Positions 1-9,687 of a stretch of 41,745 nt of DNA are shown one piece after another (within the stretch, counting starts at the first letter, position 1; each line of letters starts with the position of its first letter). The notes below the pieces were generated by a model that made no database searches, was not told the origin of the DNA, and saw only the letters and a list, made by a program, of their open reading frames with translations. The position numbers were made by a program, and so were the translations under genes. The stretch is from an uncultured Bacteriovoracaceae bacterium (GTDB lineage Bacteria > Bdellovibrionota > UBA1018): contig CAYOWB010000003.1 of assembly GCA_964407515.1 (NCBI GenBank), positions 1 to 41,745 of the forward strand. The letters are read 5' to 3'.

Positions 1-330
1 CGCGCCGAGGGCGAGCTGACGCCGGACGACATCAACGCGCTCTGGATGAGCATCCAGGCCGAAAGCCTGGGCGATGCCTTCGGGTTTGGCCTGCGCGCAG
101 TAGGTAAACTTCAGACCCAGTTCGGATCCATCTCCGAGCAAATCTTCGATGCGGGGAAGATCGCGCGGAGTGCTGATGATGAGCATCTCCCGAATGCCGG
201 CGAGCATGAGAGTCGAGATCGGGTAATAGATCGTCGGCTTGTCGTACACGGGCAAGAGCTGCTTGCTCACGCAACGAGTGAGAGGGTAGAGACGCGTGCC
301 ACTTCCGCCAGCGAGAACGATGCCTTTCAT
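1..330 (-). CDS. rfbA: Glucose-1-phosphate thymidylyltransferase (RmlA/RfbA), 3' end cut by the window edge
   Basis: My own reverse-strand translation from ATG 330 gives [90 protein letters not shown]... This matches the canonical RmlA N-terminal signature ([22 protein letters not shown]). The frame stays open to position 1, so it is missing from the stop-to-stop ORF track. The last ~20 codons ([20 protein letters not shown]) fit the family less well. Confidence 0.85.
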   Translation of the reverse strand, partial: MKGIVLAGGSGTRLYPLTRCVSKQLLPVYDKPTIYYPISTLMLAGIREMLIISTPRDLPRIEDLLGDGSELGLKFTYCAQAKPEGIAQAFGLDAHPERVDVVRRQLALGA

Positions 331-409
331 AGGTCCTCCCAGCTAAACCTGGTTTTCTGGATTAGGCAAGGCGGAAGACGGGGGCGTTAGGCCGGTTGTC
401 CTTGAGCCC

Positions 410-2173
410 GTGCGCGTGCTATTTCTGAATCCCATGATCAGACGCATGGCCAGTAAGATCAGCCCGTTCGTGGCTGCGCTCCTCGTATTTCTTGTCGCCC
501 TTTTGTTGATCGCCCCCTGGGGGGAATACCCCGTGAACGATGACTGGCAATACGCCTGGATTGCCAAGGTCTTCGGGGAGACCGGAGTTTTCAAAGTCGA
601 TCTTTCGGTCGCACCGGCGCTTTACGGACAATCGCTGATGGTGGCGCCGCTGATTCGCTGGTTCGGATTCTCGCATCTTTCGCTCAGAATTTTCACCCTG
701 GTCTTGAGCGTCGTATTCCTCTGGCTCTTTGACCGCATTTTGCGGCTGGGTGGGGTAGGGCGTGGCCTGCGGACGTTGACGCTCGCTATTCTGGCGCTCA
801 ACCCGCTTTTCCTGCATTTTTCGGCCAGCTTCATGACCGAGGTGTACGGTTATACCTTGGCATTTCTGGCGACCTGGCTTTGGCTGCGGGATCGGTCGCA
901 GCGACAGGAGGGTGCACTCCTTTCATGGCCGATCGCCCTCTTTGCCGGAACGCTCATCGGCGCGACGTTTTGGATCCGTCAGTTCTGCGTGCTGGTCTTT
1001 CCGGCACTCGCTTTCGCGACACTGCTCGCGGCCTTCCTGCGACGCGAATATCACCGGATTGGGCGCACTCTTCCTCAGCTTCTCGCCGCGACCGTGCTGT
1101 TTGTGACGCTCGTCCTGGGCTACTTTTCCTGGGCCAAAAGCACGGGCAATTACCGGCCCGCTTTTGATGGTCCCCTGAGCAATCTCTTGAAGTGGAGTTT
1201 TTCTGGGCTCTTCGGCTCACAGACCGCTTTCTGGATGTACATGACGGCGTTTTGTCTCCCGCTCCTGATTCTGCTGCCGTGGAAGTCGTTCTTCCGTAGA
1301 CGTTTCTGGGGTGGCTATGCGCTTCTGTTCGGTCTTCAAGTTATTGGGCTCGTCTTTCTTTACCTAAAGGGCAAACCGAACTCACATATCTGGGCAAATC
1401 TCCATCCTCGGGCGCCGGTGCTCGGAAATGTCATCTTCGACACCGGAATCGGCCCGATTACGTTGGGAGACGTCTATCAATCCGGCTATCCGTTGAGACC
1501 TTCCTGGCCTGCCTGGGCGTGGTGGTCCGTGCATGTCTTTCTGATTCTCGCGACTCCGTTTTGGTGGGGAGTGGTGCGTGGGTTTGAGCGCGTGAGGGAG
1601 CAAGTCGTGCGTGGCGCAGACCGCGTTCGCTCAGAGGTCCTCTGGTTTGGTGTGACGTTCGCCATCGGCATGGGGATCTTTGTCACGCAAGGATTCAAAG
1701 GGAGCGCTTTCGACCGCTATCATTTCCCGGCGTTGCTGGGCTTCCTGATTTTCCTGCCGACGTTGTTGGAATGGCTGCGTTCGGTCTCGGTAGAGGGTGG
1801 AGAACGGTGGGCCGGCTTATCGGTTCAATCCGCCGTCGTCGCCCTCGTGCCGTTGACTGTCTTCACGGTCTTTGGACTTCACGACTACTTTCGGTGGAAC
1901 GATGTCAGGCTCGCTCTGTTCCAGGAAACCGTCGCCTCCGGTGTCGCTCCCACGGACTTTGACGCCGGCTACGAGATCAACGGCTGGGTGATTCAGGAAA
2001 ATCGCTCGGCGATTGTCGGCCGAGAATGCCCGGAGAACCTGGGTTGGTATTGCTCGCCGAAAGCGTACGCCATCTCCCTGAATCCGTTGCCAGGATATCG
2101 GGAGGTGAAACGCGTGCCGGTGTCTACCTGGCTCGCCGACTTTCCGCCCATGCTGTTGTTGAAGAAAGACTGA
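410..2173 (+). CDS. Polytopic membrane protein, GT-C-fold glycosyltransferase-like (PMT_2/ArnT-like)
   Basis: 587-aa ORF with many hydrophobic helices. The first loop after TM1 reads APWGEYPVNDDWQYAWIAKVF, with an acidic DD pair as in GT-C catalytic loops. The C-terminal part is soluble. The start is uncertain: GTG 410, or ATG 434 or 446. Confidence 0.7.
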   Translation: MRVLFLNPMIRRMASKISPFVAALLVFLVALLLIAPWGEYPVNDDWQYAWIAKVFGETGVFKVDLSVAPALYGQSLMVAPLIRWFGFSHLSLRIFTLVLSVVFLWLFDRILRLGGVGRGLRTLTLAILALNPLFLHFSASFMTEVYGYTLAFLATWLWLRDRSQRQEGALLSWPIALFAGTLIGATFWIRQFCVLVFPALAFATLLAAFLRREYHRIGRTLPQLLAATVLFVTLVLGYFSWAKSTGNYRPAFDGPLSNLLKWSFSGLFGSQTAFWMYMTAFCLPLLILLPWKSFFRRRFWGGYALLFGLQVIGLVFLYLKGKPNSHIWANLHPRAPVLGNVIFDTGIGPITLGDVYQSGYPLRPSWPAWAWWSVHVFLILATPFWWGVVRGFERVREQVVRGADRVRSEVLWFGVTFAIGMGIFVTQGFKGSAFDRYHFPALLGFLIFLPTLLEWLRSVSVEGGERWAGLSVQSAVVALVPLTVFTVFGLHDYFRWNDVRLALFQETVASGVAPTDFDAGYEINGWVIQENRSAIVGRECPENLGWYCSPKAYAISLNPLPGYREVKRVPVSTWLADFPPMLLLKKD

Positions 2174-2174
2174 G

Positions 2175-3203
<1,029 letters not shown>

Positions 3204-3279
3204 GCTTGATGCTTACTGAAGAAAAAGTGTTTTGTCTATCCGGTGGCTTGCGTTTAGGATGACGCGACTAGGAGAAGCT

Positions 3280-4056
3280 ATGAAAGTCGTGATTCTGGCG
3301 GGCGGCTACGGCACCCGGATCAGTGAGGAGTCTCATCTGAAACCCAAGCCCATGATCGACATCGGTCAGATGCCGATTCTCTGGCACATCCTCAAGATCT
3401 ATTCGGCCCAGGGTTTCAACGACTTCGTGATTTGTCTGGGTTACAAGGGCTACGTCATCAAGGAATACTTCGCGAACTATCACCTTCATAACTCGGACGT
3501 GACCTTCGATTTCTCCAATGGAGCGAAGCGCGAAGTGCATCAGCATACCACGGAACCATGGCGTCTGACGCTCGTGAATACGGGCCTCGAAACCATGACC
3601 GGTGGGCGTGTGAAGCGCATTCAGCCCTATATCGGCAATGAGCCCTTCATGCTGACCTATGGCGACGGTGTCGCCGATATCGACCTCAAAGAACTTTTGG
3701 CCTACCACAAGAAACACGGAAAGCTCTGCACGGTCACTGCCGCTCAGCCGCTGGCCCGATTCGGAAAGCTCACGATGGAGCCGGATGGTCTTGTGTCGGC
3801 TTTCAATGAGAAGCCTCAGGACGAACACAACTGGATCAACGCGGGCTTCTTCGTCATGGAACCGAAGGTTTTCGATTACATCTCCGGGGACGACACGATT
3901 CTGGAGCGCACGCCGATGGAAGGGCTCGCCCGGGATCGGCAGCTCATGGCGTACCAGCATGATGGTTTCTGGCAGCCGATGGATACCTTGCGCGACAAGA
4001 TGCACCTGGATGATCTGTGGAAGTCGAATAAAGCCCCCTGGAAGATTTGGAAATGA
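3280..4056 (+). CDS. rfbF: Glucose-1-phosphate cytidylyltransferase (DdhA/AscA)
   Basis: MKVVILAGGYGTRISEESHLKPKPMIDIGQMPILWHILKIYSAQGFNDFVICLGYKGYVIKEYF is the RfbF signature. GGAGA lies 5-9 nt upstream of ATG 3280. The track ORF start at 3232 adds a non-homologous leader. The stop TGA overlaps the next start (ATGA at 4053-4056). Confidence 0.93.
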   Translation: MKVVILAGGYGTRISEESHLKPKPMIDIGQMPILWHILKIYSAQGFNDFVICLGYKGYVIKEYFANYHLHNSDVTFDFSNGAKREVHQHTTEPWRLTLVNTGLETMTGGRVKRIQPYIGNEPFMLTYGDGVADIDLKELLAYHKKHGKLCTVTAAQPLARFGKLTMEPDGLVSAFNEKPQDEHNWINAGFFVMEPKVFDYISGDDTILERTPMEGLARDRQLMAYQHDGFWQPMDTLRDKMHLDDLWKSNKAPWKIWK

Positions 4057-4604
4057 AGCTGACCGCCTGCCGAATTCCCGGGTGCTTTCTCATCGAGCCG
4101 TTTCATGCGCGAGATGTCCGCGGCGGTTTCGTGAAGGTGTTTCAGCGCACCCAGTTCGAACGGCATGGACTGCGCTCCGACTTCACCGAGGAGTACTACA
4201 GCGTTTCCGCTCAGAACGTGCTGCGCGGGATGCATTTCCAGACGCCTCCGCACGGACACGTCAAGGTCGTGCATTGTTTGCAGGGCAAGATTCTGGATGC
4301 GGTGGTGGATCTCCGAGAGGGTTCGCCGACGTACCGGCAGTTCGAGACTTTTGAGCTTGATGCAGCAGAACCGCGGCTGCTTTACCTGCCCGAGGGGCTT
4401 GCTCATGGCTTTCTGACTTTGAGTGAGAATGCCACGGTTCTCTACCGGACCACCACCGAACATGCGCCCGCGAACGACGGAGGGATTCTCTGGAATACGG
4501 CCGGGATTCCATGGCCGGTGGAGTCTCCGATTCTCTCAGATCGCGACCGAGGCTTCATCGCGCTTCAGGAATTCAAGTCGCCTTTCCGGGTGAGTGCTAC
4601 TTGA
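4053..4604 (+). CDS. RmlC-family cupin sugar-nucleotide epimerase; candidate CDP-3,6-dideoxy-4-hexulose 5-epimerase (AscE-like)
   Basis: RGMHFQTPPHGHVKVVHCLQGKILDAVVDLREGSPTYRQF matches the RmlC core (RG-HFQ ... K-V-C--G---DV-VDLR--SPT-). It is translationally coupled to rfbF. Confidence 0.8.
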   Translation: MKLTACRIPGCFLIEPFHARDVRGGFVKVFQRTQFERHGLRSDFTEEYYSVSAQNVLRGMHFQTPPHGHVKVVHCLQGKILDAVVDLREGSPTYRQFETFELDAAEPRLLYLPEGLAHGFLTLSENATVLYRTTTEHAPANDGGILWNTAGIPWPVESPILSDRDRGFIALQEFKSPFRVSAT

Positions 4605-4615
4605 GGAGTTTCGTC

Positions 4616-5515
4616 ATGAAGAACGGAAAGAAAGCTCTCGTCACTGGAATCACCGGATTCATCGGCTCACATCTGGTCAGACGTCTTCTCGCGGACGGCT
4701 GGGAAGTGCATGGGCTGACTCTGCCCGAGGCTGACCGAAGTCTTCTGAAGGGGCTTGCAGACCGCCTGCATCTCCATGCGGTCGATGGAGCGACTGAGTC
4801 GTTGATGGAGCAGGTGCGGGGTATTCAACCCGATCTCACGTTTCATCTGGCGTCCTTGTTCCTCGCCAAGCATCAGTCCAAAGACGTTACGGCGCTGATC
4901 CAGAGCAATGTGCTCTTCGGGACTCAGTTGGCTGAGGCACTCGTCGCTTGTGGATCTCTGAAGCTCGTGAACGTTGGAACGTCCTGGCAACACTATGACA
5001 GCGACGAGTACAGCCCCGTGGCGCTGTACTCGGCCACGAAGCAGGCGTATCAGGACATCCTGAAATTTTATCACGTGGCCAACGGCCTTTCCGTCGTGAA
5101 CCTCAAGTTCTTCGATACCTACGGGCCCGGAGACCCGCGACGGAAGGTACTCAATATCATCCGAAATGCGGCCAATTCCGGAGAGTCGATCGGTATGACC
5201 GGCGGGGAACAGCTCATCGACCTAGTCTACGTGGACGATATCGTCGAAGCTTTGATGACGGCCGGCCAGAGGGCCAGCAGTGGCGAGGCGCGCTTCGAGT
5301 CCTTCGCTGTCGCTTCAGGCCGGGTGGTGTCGATCCGTGAACTGGTAGCCGTTTATGAAGGGGTCACCGGAAAGAAGCTGAAGGCGGAGTGGGGCGTACT
5401 GCCTTATCGTGAGCGCGAGATGATGAGACCGTGGAGTGCCGGTCCGGTTCTCCCGGAGTGGAAGCCGCGCGTGACTCTCGAAGAAGGGCTGAGAAGAGTA
5501 GAGGAGCATGGCTGA
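4616..5515 (+). CDS. Extended-SDR NAD(P)-dependent epimerase/dehydratase family protein; candidate CDP-4-keto-3,6-dideoxyhexose 4-reductase (AscF/RfbS/RfbJ-like)
   Basis: MKNGKKALVTGITGFIGSHLV (GxxGxxG) and YSATKQA (YxxxK). The track ORF begins at 4511, but the homologous protein starts at ATG 4616, 11 nt after the previous stop. Confidence 0.8.
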   Translation: MKNGKKALVTGITGFIGSHLVRRLLADGWEVHGLTLPEADRSLLKGLADRLHLHAVDGATESLMEQVRGIQPDLTFHLASLFLAKHQSKDVTALIQSNVLFGTQLAEALVACGSLKLVNVGTSWQHYDSDEYSPVALYSATKQAYQDILKFYHVANGLSVVNLKFFDTYGPGDPRRKVLNIIRNAANSGESIGMTGGEQLIDLVYVDDIVEALMTAGQRASSGEARFESFAVASGRVVSIRELVAVYEGVTGKKLKAEWGVLPYREREMMRPWSAGPVLPEWKPRVTLEEGLRRVEEHG

Positions 5516-5593
5516 ACGACACAGGGTTGCCATCTGGGTCTGTGGAGTCAATGTTCTCATCACGACGGTGACTTACTTCCTTCATCGGCGTGG

Positions 5594-6721
5594 ATGGCGT
5601 CTCTCCAGGAATTGGAAGCGGATCTTGGGGGAATAGGGGCTTGCGTGATTGATCATACGTTCTGGCAAGGCAAGAAAGTCTTTCTCACCGGGCATACCGG
5701 TTTCAAAGGGAGTTGGCTCTCGATTTGGCTGACGTCGCGCGGTGCGCGGGTCACCGGTTATGCACTTGAACCGCCTACGGAGCCCAGCCTGTTTCGCCTC
5801 TCCGGTCTCGAAAAGAAGATGACCTCGGAGATCGGCGATATTCGCGATCATGAGCGGCTTCGCAGCGCTCTCGAGAAGGCCGCACCCGAGATCGTGATCC
5901 ACATGGCGGCGCAGCCGCTGGTGCGTGAGTCGTACAAGACGCCTCGCGAGACCTATGAGACGAATGTCATGGGCACGGTGAATCTCTTTGAGGCCGTGAG
6001 GTCCACGCCGTCCGTCCGTGCGGTGGTCAATGTCACGACTGATAAGTGTTATGAGAACCGTGAATGGCCCTGGGGATATCGCGAGATCGACCCCATGGGC
6101 GGTTACGATCCTTACTCCAACAGCAAAGGCTGCTCCGAACTCGTGACGGCGGCCTATCGCTCTTCTTTCTTCAATCCGGCGGATTACGGAAAAAAGCACT
6201 CCGTAGCGGTTGCCAGTGCGCGCGCCGGTAATGTGATCGGTGGAGGCGACTGGGCGGCCGATCGCCTCGTGCCCGACTTCTTCAGAGCGGTGACGTCGGG
6301 AAAAGTAGTGCGGATTCGCAGTCCGCGGGCCATCCGCCCTTGGCAGCACGTGTTAGAGCCGCTGAGTGGCTACTTGGCGCTCGCGCAGCGGCTCTTCGAG
6401 GAAGGTCCGAAGTTCGCCGAAGGCTGGAATTTCGGCCCCGAAGACGTCGATGCCAAGCCGGTCGAATGGATGATTCGCTGGCTTTGCTCGCGCTGGGGCG
6501 AGGGGGCTTCCCTTGAGATCGATCGCGGCGAGCACGTCCACGAAGCAAGCTATCTGAAACTGGATATCTCCAAGGCGCGTTCCCAGCTGGATTGGGCGCC
6601 ACGATGGAACCTGGAACGGGCCCTCGATGCCTGCGTGGAGTGGAACAAGGCGTATGTCGCGGGGCAGCCCGCGTTTGAGACCTGCTTGAAACAGATTCGG
6701 GATTACGAAGAGAGGGTATGA
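5594..6721 (+). CDS. rfbG: CDP-glucose 4,6-dehydratase (DdhB/AscB)
   Basis: FWQGKKVFLTGHTGFKGSWLSIWL and YSNSKGCSELV (YxxxK). RfbG proteins that I recall begin at ...IDxxFWQGK, so GTG 5645 (VIDHTFWQGK) is a plausible alternative start. Confidence 0.93.
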   Translation: MASLQELEADLGGIGACVIDHTFWQGKKVFLTGHTGFKGSWLSIWLTSRGARVTGYALEPPTEPSLFRLSGLEKKMTSEIGDIRDHERLRSALEKAAPEIVIHMAAQPLVRESYKTPRETYETNVMGTVNLFEAVRSTPSVRAVVNVTTDKCYENREWPWGYREIDPMGGYDPYSNSKGCSELVTAAYRSSFFNPADYGKKHSVAVASARAGNVIGGGDWAADRLVPDFFRAVTSGKVVRIRSPRAIRPWQHVLEPLSGYLALAQRLFEEGPKFAEGWNFGPEDVDAKPVEWMIRWLCSRWGEGASLEIDRGEHVHEASYLKLDISKARSQLDWAPRWNLERALDACVEWNKAYVAGQPAFETCLKQIRDYEERV

Positions 6722-8031
6722 TGAACGAAGCACAGCTGAGAAAAGAGATTCTGGAAAAAGTCGCGCAGTATACGGCCCTGAAGCACGGAAAGCGGAGCTT
6801 CGAACCGGGAAAGGACCTGGTTCACTACGCGGGTCGCGTGTTTGATGCCGAGGAACTGAAGGCGGGCGTGGAGTCGGTACTCGACTTCTACCTGACGGCG
6901 GGGCGTTTCTCCGAACAGTTCGAAGCCGACTTTGCGGATCTTCTGGGAGTTTCGAGCGCGTTTCTCGTGAACTCCGGGTCTTCGGCCAATCTGGTGGCCG
7001 CGACCGCGTTGACTTCGCCGAAGCTCGGCGACCGTCGCCTCAAGCCGGGCGACGAAGTCCTGACCGTCGCGGCTGGATTTCCGACCACCGTGGCGCCGCT
7101 CGTTCAGAACGGTCTCGTTCCTGTGTTCATCGATGTGGGTTTGGGCGACTACACCGCGCTCCCCGAGCGGATCGAAAAGGCCATCGGCCCCAAGACCCGC
7201 GCCATCATGATGGCGCATACCATGGGTAATTCCTTCGACCTCGACGCCGTCATGGCTGCGGTCAAGAAGCATCACCTCTGGCTCGTGGAAGATAATTGCG
7301 ACGCGCTCGGCACCACGTATCGAGGCAAACTGACCGGTACTTACGGACATCTCGCGACGTTCTCATTCTATCCCGCCCATCACATCACCATGGGCGAAGG
7401 CGGCTGTGTCGTGACGAACGACGAAGAACTCGCTCGCATCGTTCGTTCCGTCCGTGATTGGGGCCGCGATTGCTACTGCAGCGGGGGTGAGAACAACACC
7501 TGCGGTAAGCGCTTCTCGATGCAGTTCGGGACGCTCCCTGTGGGCTTTGACCACAAGTACGTCTACTCGCACATCGGCTACAACCTCAAGACGACCGAGA
7601 TGCAGGCGGCAGTCGGCTGCGCTCAGCTCCGCAAGCTGTCGGGCTTCGTGGCCGCGCGCAAGAAGAACTTCCAGTACCTGCGCCAGGCGCTCGGTAAGTA
7701 CGAGGACCGTCTCATTCTCCCGCACGCCATGCCGAACTCTGATCCGTCGTGGTTCGGCTTCGTGATCACCGTGCGCGAGGACGCCGGATTCAGTCGCACG
7801 GACCTCGTGAAGCATCTTGAGATGAAGAAGGTCGAGACGCGCGCACTGTTCGCCGGAAATCTCCTGCGCCATCCGGCCTATATGAACATCCCGCATCGGC
7901 TTTCCGGGGGCCTCAAGAACACCGACCTCATTACTTCCGGCACGTTCTTCATCGGCGTGTATCCGGGGCTCGATGAGCAGAAGCTCGGCTACATGGTCGA
8001 GTGCTTCGATGAGTTCATGAAGGCGCGATAA
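6718..8031 (+). CDS. rfbH: CDP-6-deoxy-L-threo-D-glycero-4-hexulose 3-dehydrase (E1; RfbH/DdhC/AscC)
   Basis: DegT-fold protein with the E1 hallmarks. SFYPAHHITMGEGG has His in place of the PLP-binding Lys. The Cys pattern DNCDALG ... DCYCSGGENNTCGKRF (C-x-C-x7-C, nt 7471-7503) is the E1 [2Fe-2S] motif. ATGA overlap with rfbG. Confidence 0.92.
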   Translation: MMNEAQLRKEILEKVAQYTALKHGKRSFEPGKDLVHYAGRVFDAEELKAGVESVLDFYLTAGRFSEQFEADFADLLGVSSAFLVNSGSSANLVAATALTSPKLGDRRLKPGDEVLTVAAGFPTTVAPLVQNGLVPVFIDVGLGDYTALPERIEKAIGPKTRAIMMAHTMGNSFDLDAVMAAVKKHHLWLVEDNCDALGTTYRGKLTGTYGHLATFSFYPAHHITMGEGGCVVTNDEELARIVRSVRDWGRDCYCSGGENNTCGKRFSMQFGTLPVGFDHKYVYSHIGYNLKTTEMQAAVGCAQLRKLSGFVAARKKNFQYLRQALGKYEDRLILPHAMPNSDPSWFGFVITVREDAGFSRTDLVKHLEMKKVETRALFAGNLLRHPAYMNIPHRLSGGLKNTDLITSGTFFIGVYPGLDEQKLGYMVECFDEFMKAR

Positions 8032-8862
8032 TTATCCGGGATGGTGCCCCTTCGTCAGCACGTAGAAGACACTTGCCGGCCCGAAACGATGCAGGATGTG
8101 GGTTCGGTGGTAACAGCGATTCCAGGAGAACATCCGGGAGAAAACATCGTCGAAGAACATGGCGCGGGGCGACGAGTAGGTGGGGAGCCCAAGTTTCGAC
8201 AGAAGTTTGGATAAGGGTGAAAAGACGCAGAAGGATCGTTTCACCACCGTGAAGCCAGCCTTCCGGATCCGATCTTCGAAGAAGCTGTAAGGAATTCCTC
8301 GTTCCCGCTTGGTCAGTCCCGCGCGCGGGTGTCTCCAGTCGCCCATTGAGTGCAAAGGCTCACGGATGAGCGCATAGCCGCCTTCTGCCAGGCATCTGGA
8401 GATTTCCGAAAGCACGAACGAGACATTGGGAACGTGATGGAGCACTCCGAAGCAGGTGATCAAGTCGAACTGATTGTCAGCAAACGGAATTCGTCCGGAA
8501 CTCTGCGCCTTAGCGAATTCCACTGGGAAATCAAACGGGCGTTCCCGAACAAAGCTGTCCGATGCGTCGAGAATGGTGAGGTGTTCCAGTCTTGAGGAGA
8601 TGGGCCGGAACTCCTCGCCAAAGGCGCTGCCGAAACCGAGCGCCTTCTTGAAGACGCGGTTCTTTGGGAGATGTCGGAAGCCGAATCTCTCGTTGAGGGC
8701 GTGGTAAATATATACCGGGGACCGGGCATCCTCGTGTTCCAGCTGAGAATAACCCTCTTCCTCGTCGGCGTACCACAGGTCGATTTGCTCCTGGCTGAAG
8801 TCATCGCCGAACAGCGCATGACCGGAAAAAAAGCGATCCATCTTGGAGTGGTCTGTGGACAT
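8032..8862 (-). CDS. Class I SAM-dependent methyltransferase
   Basis: 276 aa. Motifs: KALGFGSAFGEEF ... LTILDASD (motif I/II-like), FDLITCFGVLHHVPN, and LAEGGYALIREP. It lies antisense to, and between, rfbH and the E3-like gene. Confidence 0.8.
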   Translation of the reverse strand: MSTDHSKMDRFFSGHALFGDDFSQEQIDLWYADEEEGYSQLEHEDARSPVYIYHALNERFGFRHLPKNRVFKKALGFGSAFGEEFRPISSRLEHLTILDASDSFVRERPFDFPVEFAKAQSSGRIPFADNQFDLITCFGVLHHVPNVSFVLSEISRCLAEGGYALIREPLHSMGDWRHPRAGLTKRERGIPYSFFEDRIRKAGFTVVKRSFCVFSPLSKLLSKLGLPTYSSPRAMFFDDVFSRMFSWNRCYHRTHILHRFGPASVFYVLTKGHHPG

Positions 8863-8960
8863 GTCAGTTTTAAACCATGTTTAGTTTTCGAATGCAAATG
8901 GCCCCACTGCCCATAGAGATCTCGCTTGATGCCGTCGATGGTTTCGTGGACAAAAGAATT

Positions 8961-9680
8961 ATGGCCACGCCTCGTAAGATCCGCTGTACCGTATCGGAGA
9001 TCCTCTCGCATGGGGAGCGTGTGTACACGCTTCGCCTGGCTCCCGAGAGGCCGCTGCCCGTGTTTCAAGCCGGACAGTTCCTGCACCTGACGATCGACCC
9101 GTTCGACCCTTCGAGCTTCTGGCCGGAATCGCGCGCGTTTTCGATCGCGAGTCATCCTTCGCAGCGGGAGTCCTTGGAGGTCGTGTATTCCGCCGTCGGC
9201 AGTTACACCGCGCGGATGGAGCAGGAGCTCAAGGTCGGCAGCGAGGTGTGGGTCAAGCTCCCGTACGGCGAGTTCATGGTCCAGCAAAACCATGATTTGG
9301 TCCTGATTGCTGGCGGGACTGGATTCTCAGCGTTCACGTCGTTTCTTCGGGATTACGACCCGGCTGCCGCCGACGCCCGCCGTGTGCACCTCATCTATGG
9401 CGCTCGGCGCCCGGAGCTCCTGCTTTATGCCGATGAATTCTTGAAGAAGGCGGCTCAGAGTGGGGGTCGTCTGACGATCGATCTCCTCGCCGAGAACGGC
9501 GCCGAGGGCGCCGTGAGTCCGGGGCGGATTTCCCTGGAACGGATCTGGGCTCGAGTTCCCGATGCCGACGCTCGTGCGTTTTACCTCTCTGGTCCGCCGA
9601 CGATGATCCGCGCCATGTCTTCGGCCCTGAGTGAGAAGGACATCCCGGAAGACCGGATTCGGGTGGATGCCTGGGAGTGA
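8961..9680 (+). CDS. FNR-type FAD/NAD(P)H oxidoreductase, E3 (DdhD/AscD)-like but lacking a ferredoxin domain
   Basis: RAFSIAS (RxYS-type FAD motif), LIAGGTGFSAF (NAD(P)H-binding GGxG) and a C-terminal ...YLSGPPTMI. I chose ATG 8961 because it leaves a 98-nt divergent intergenic region; the track start is 8877. There is only one Cys in the mature sequence, so no 2Fe-2S motif. Confidence 0.7.
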   Translation: MATPRKIRCTVSEILSHGERVYTLRLAPERPLPVFQAGQFLHLTIDPFDPSSFWPESRAFSIASHPSQRESLEVVYSAVGSYTARMEQELKVGSEVWVKLPYGEFMVQQNHDLVLIAGGTGFSAFTSFLRDYDPAAADARRVHLIYGARRPELLLYADEFLKKAAQSGGRLTIDLLAENGAEGAVSPGRISLERIWARVPDADARAFYLSGPPTMIRAMSSALSEKDIPEDRIRVDAWE

Positions 9681-9687
9681 GCCGGAG

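Noticed and set aside
1-60. The rfbA region after AQAF reads [20 protein letters not shown] instead of the usual ...IG--FIG-D---L-LGDN. This raised the possibility of a fifth frameshift.
   Set aside because: Neither alternative frame gives a better match (one hits a stop, the other is unrelated), and the gene runs off the window. This cannot be judged without the upstream sequence.
3232-3260. Sigma70-like hexamers TTGTCT-17 nt-TAGGAT upstream of rfbF, and TTGACC-17 nt-TATTCT at 20199-20227 upstream of the methyltransferase gene.
   Set aside because: Both are partial consensus matches, the host taxon and its promoter consensus are unknown, and there is no transcript evidence. I am not reporting them as features.
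3268-4005. 245-aa ORF antisense to rfbF. Similar long antisense or off-frame ORFs occur at 5582-6349, 6703-7350, 8460-9293, 13243-13809, 27228-27758 and 30034-30558.
   Set aside because: Each lies entirely within a gene that has strong family motifs on the other strand or in another frame. Their translations are Arg/Pro/Gly/Ser-rich low-complexity sequence with no recognisable motifs. This is the usual shadow-ORF effect in GC-rich coding DNA.
4511-4615. N-terminal extensions in the ORF track: 4511 for the SDR, 3232 for rfbF, 8877 for the E3-like gene, 31062 for the aminotransferase, 37125 for a GT4, 12112 for the acyltransferase and 15479 for the GT2.
   Set aside because: The extensions overlap upstream genes or use TTG/GTG codons, and they encode non-homologous basic or low-complexity leaders. 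Internal ATG/GTG codons coincide with the conserved family N-termini and often with RBS-like sequences or ATGA-type coupling.
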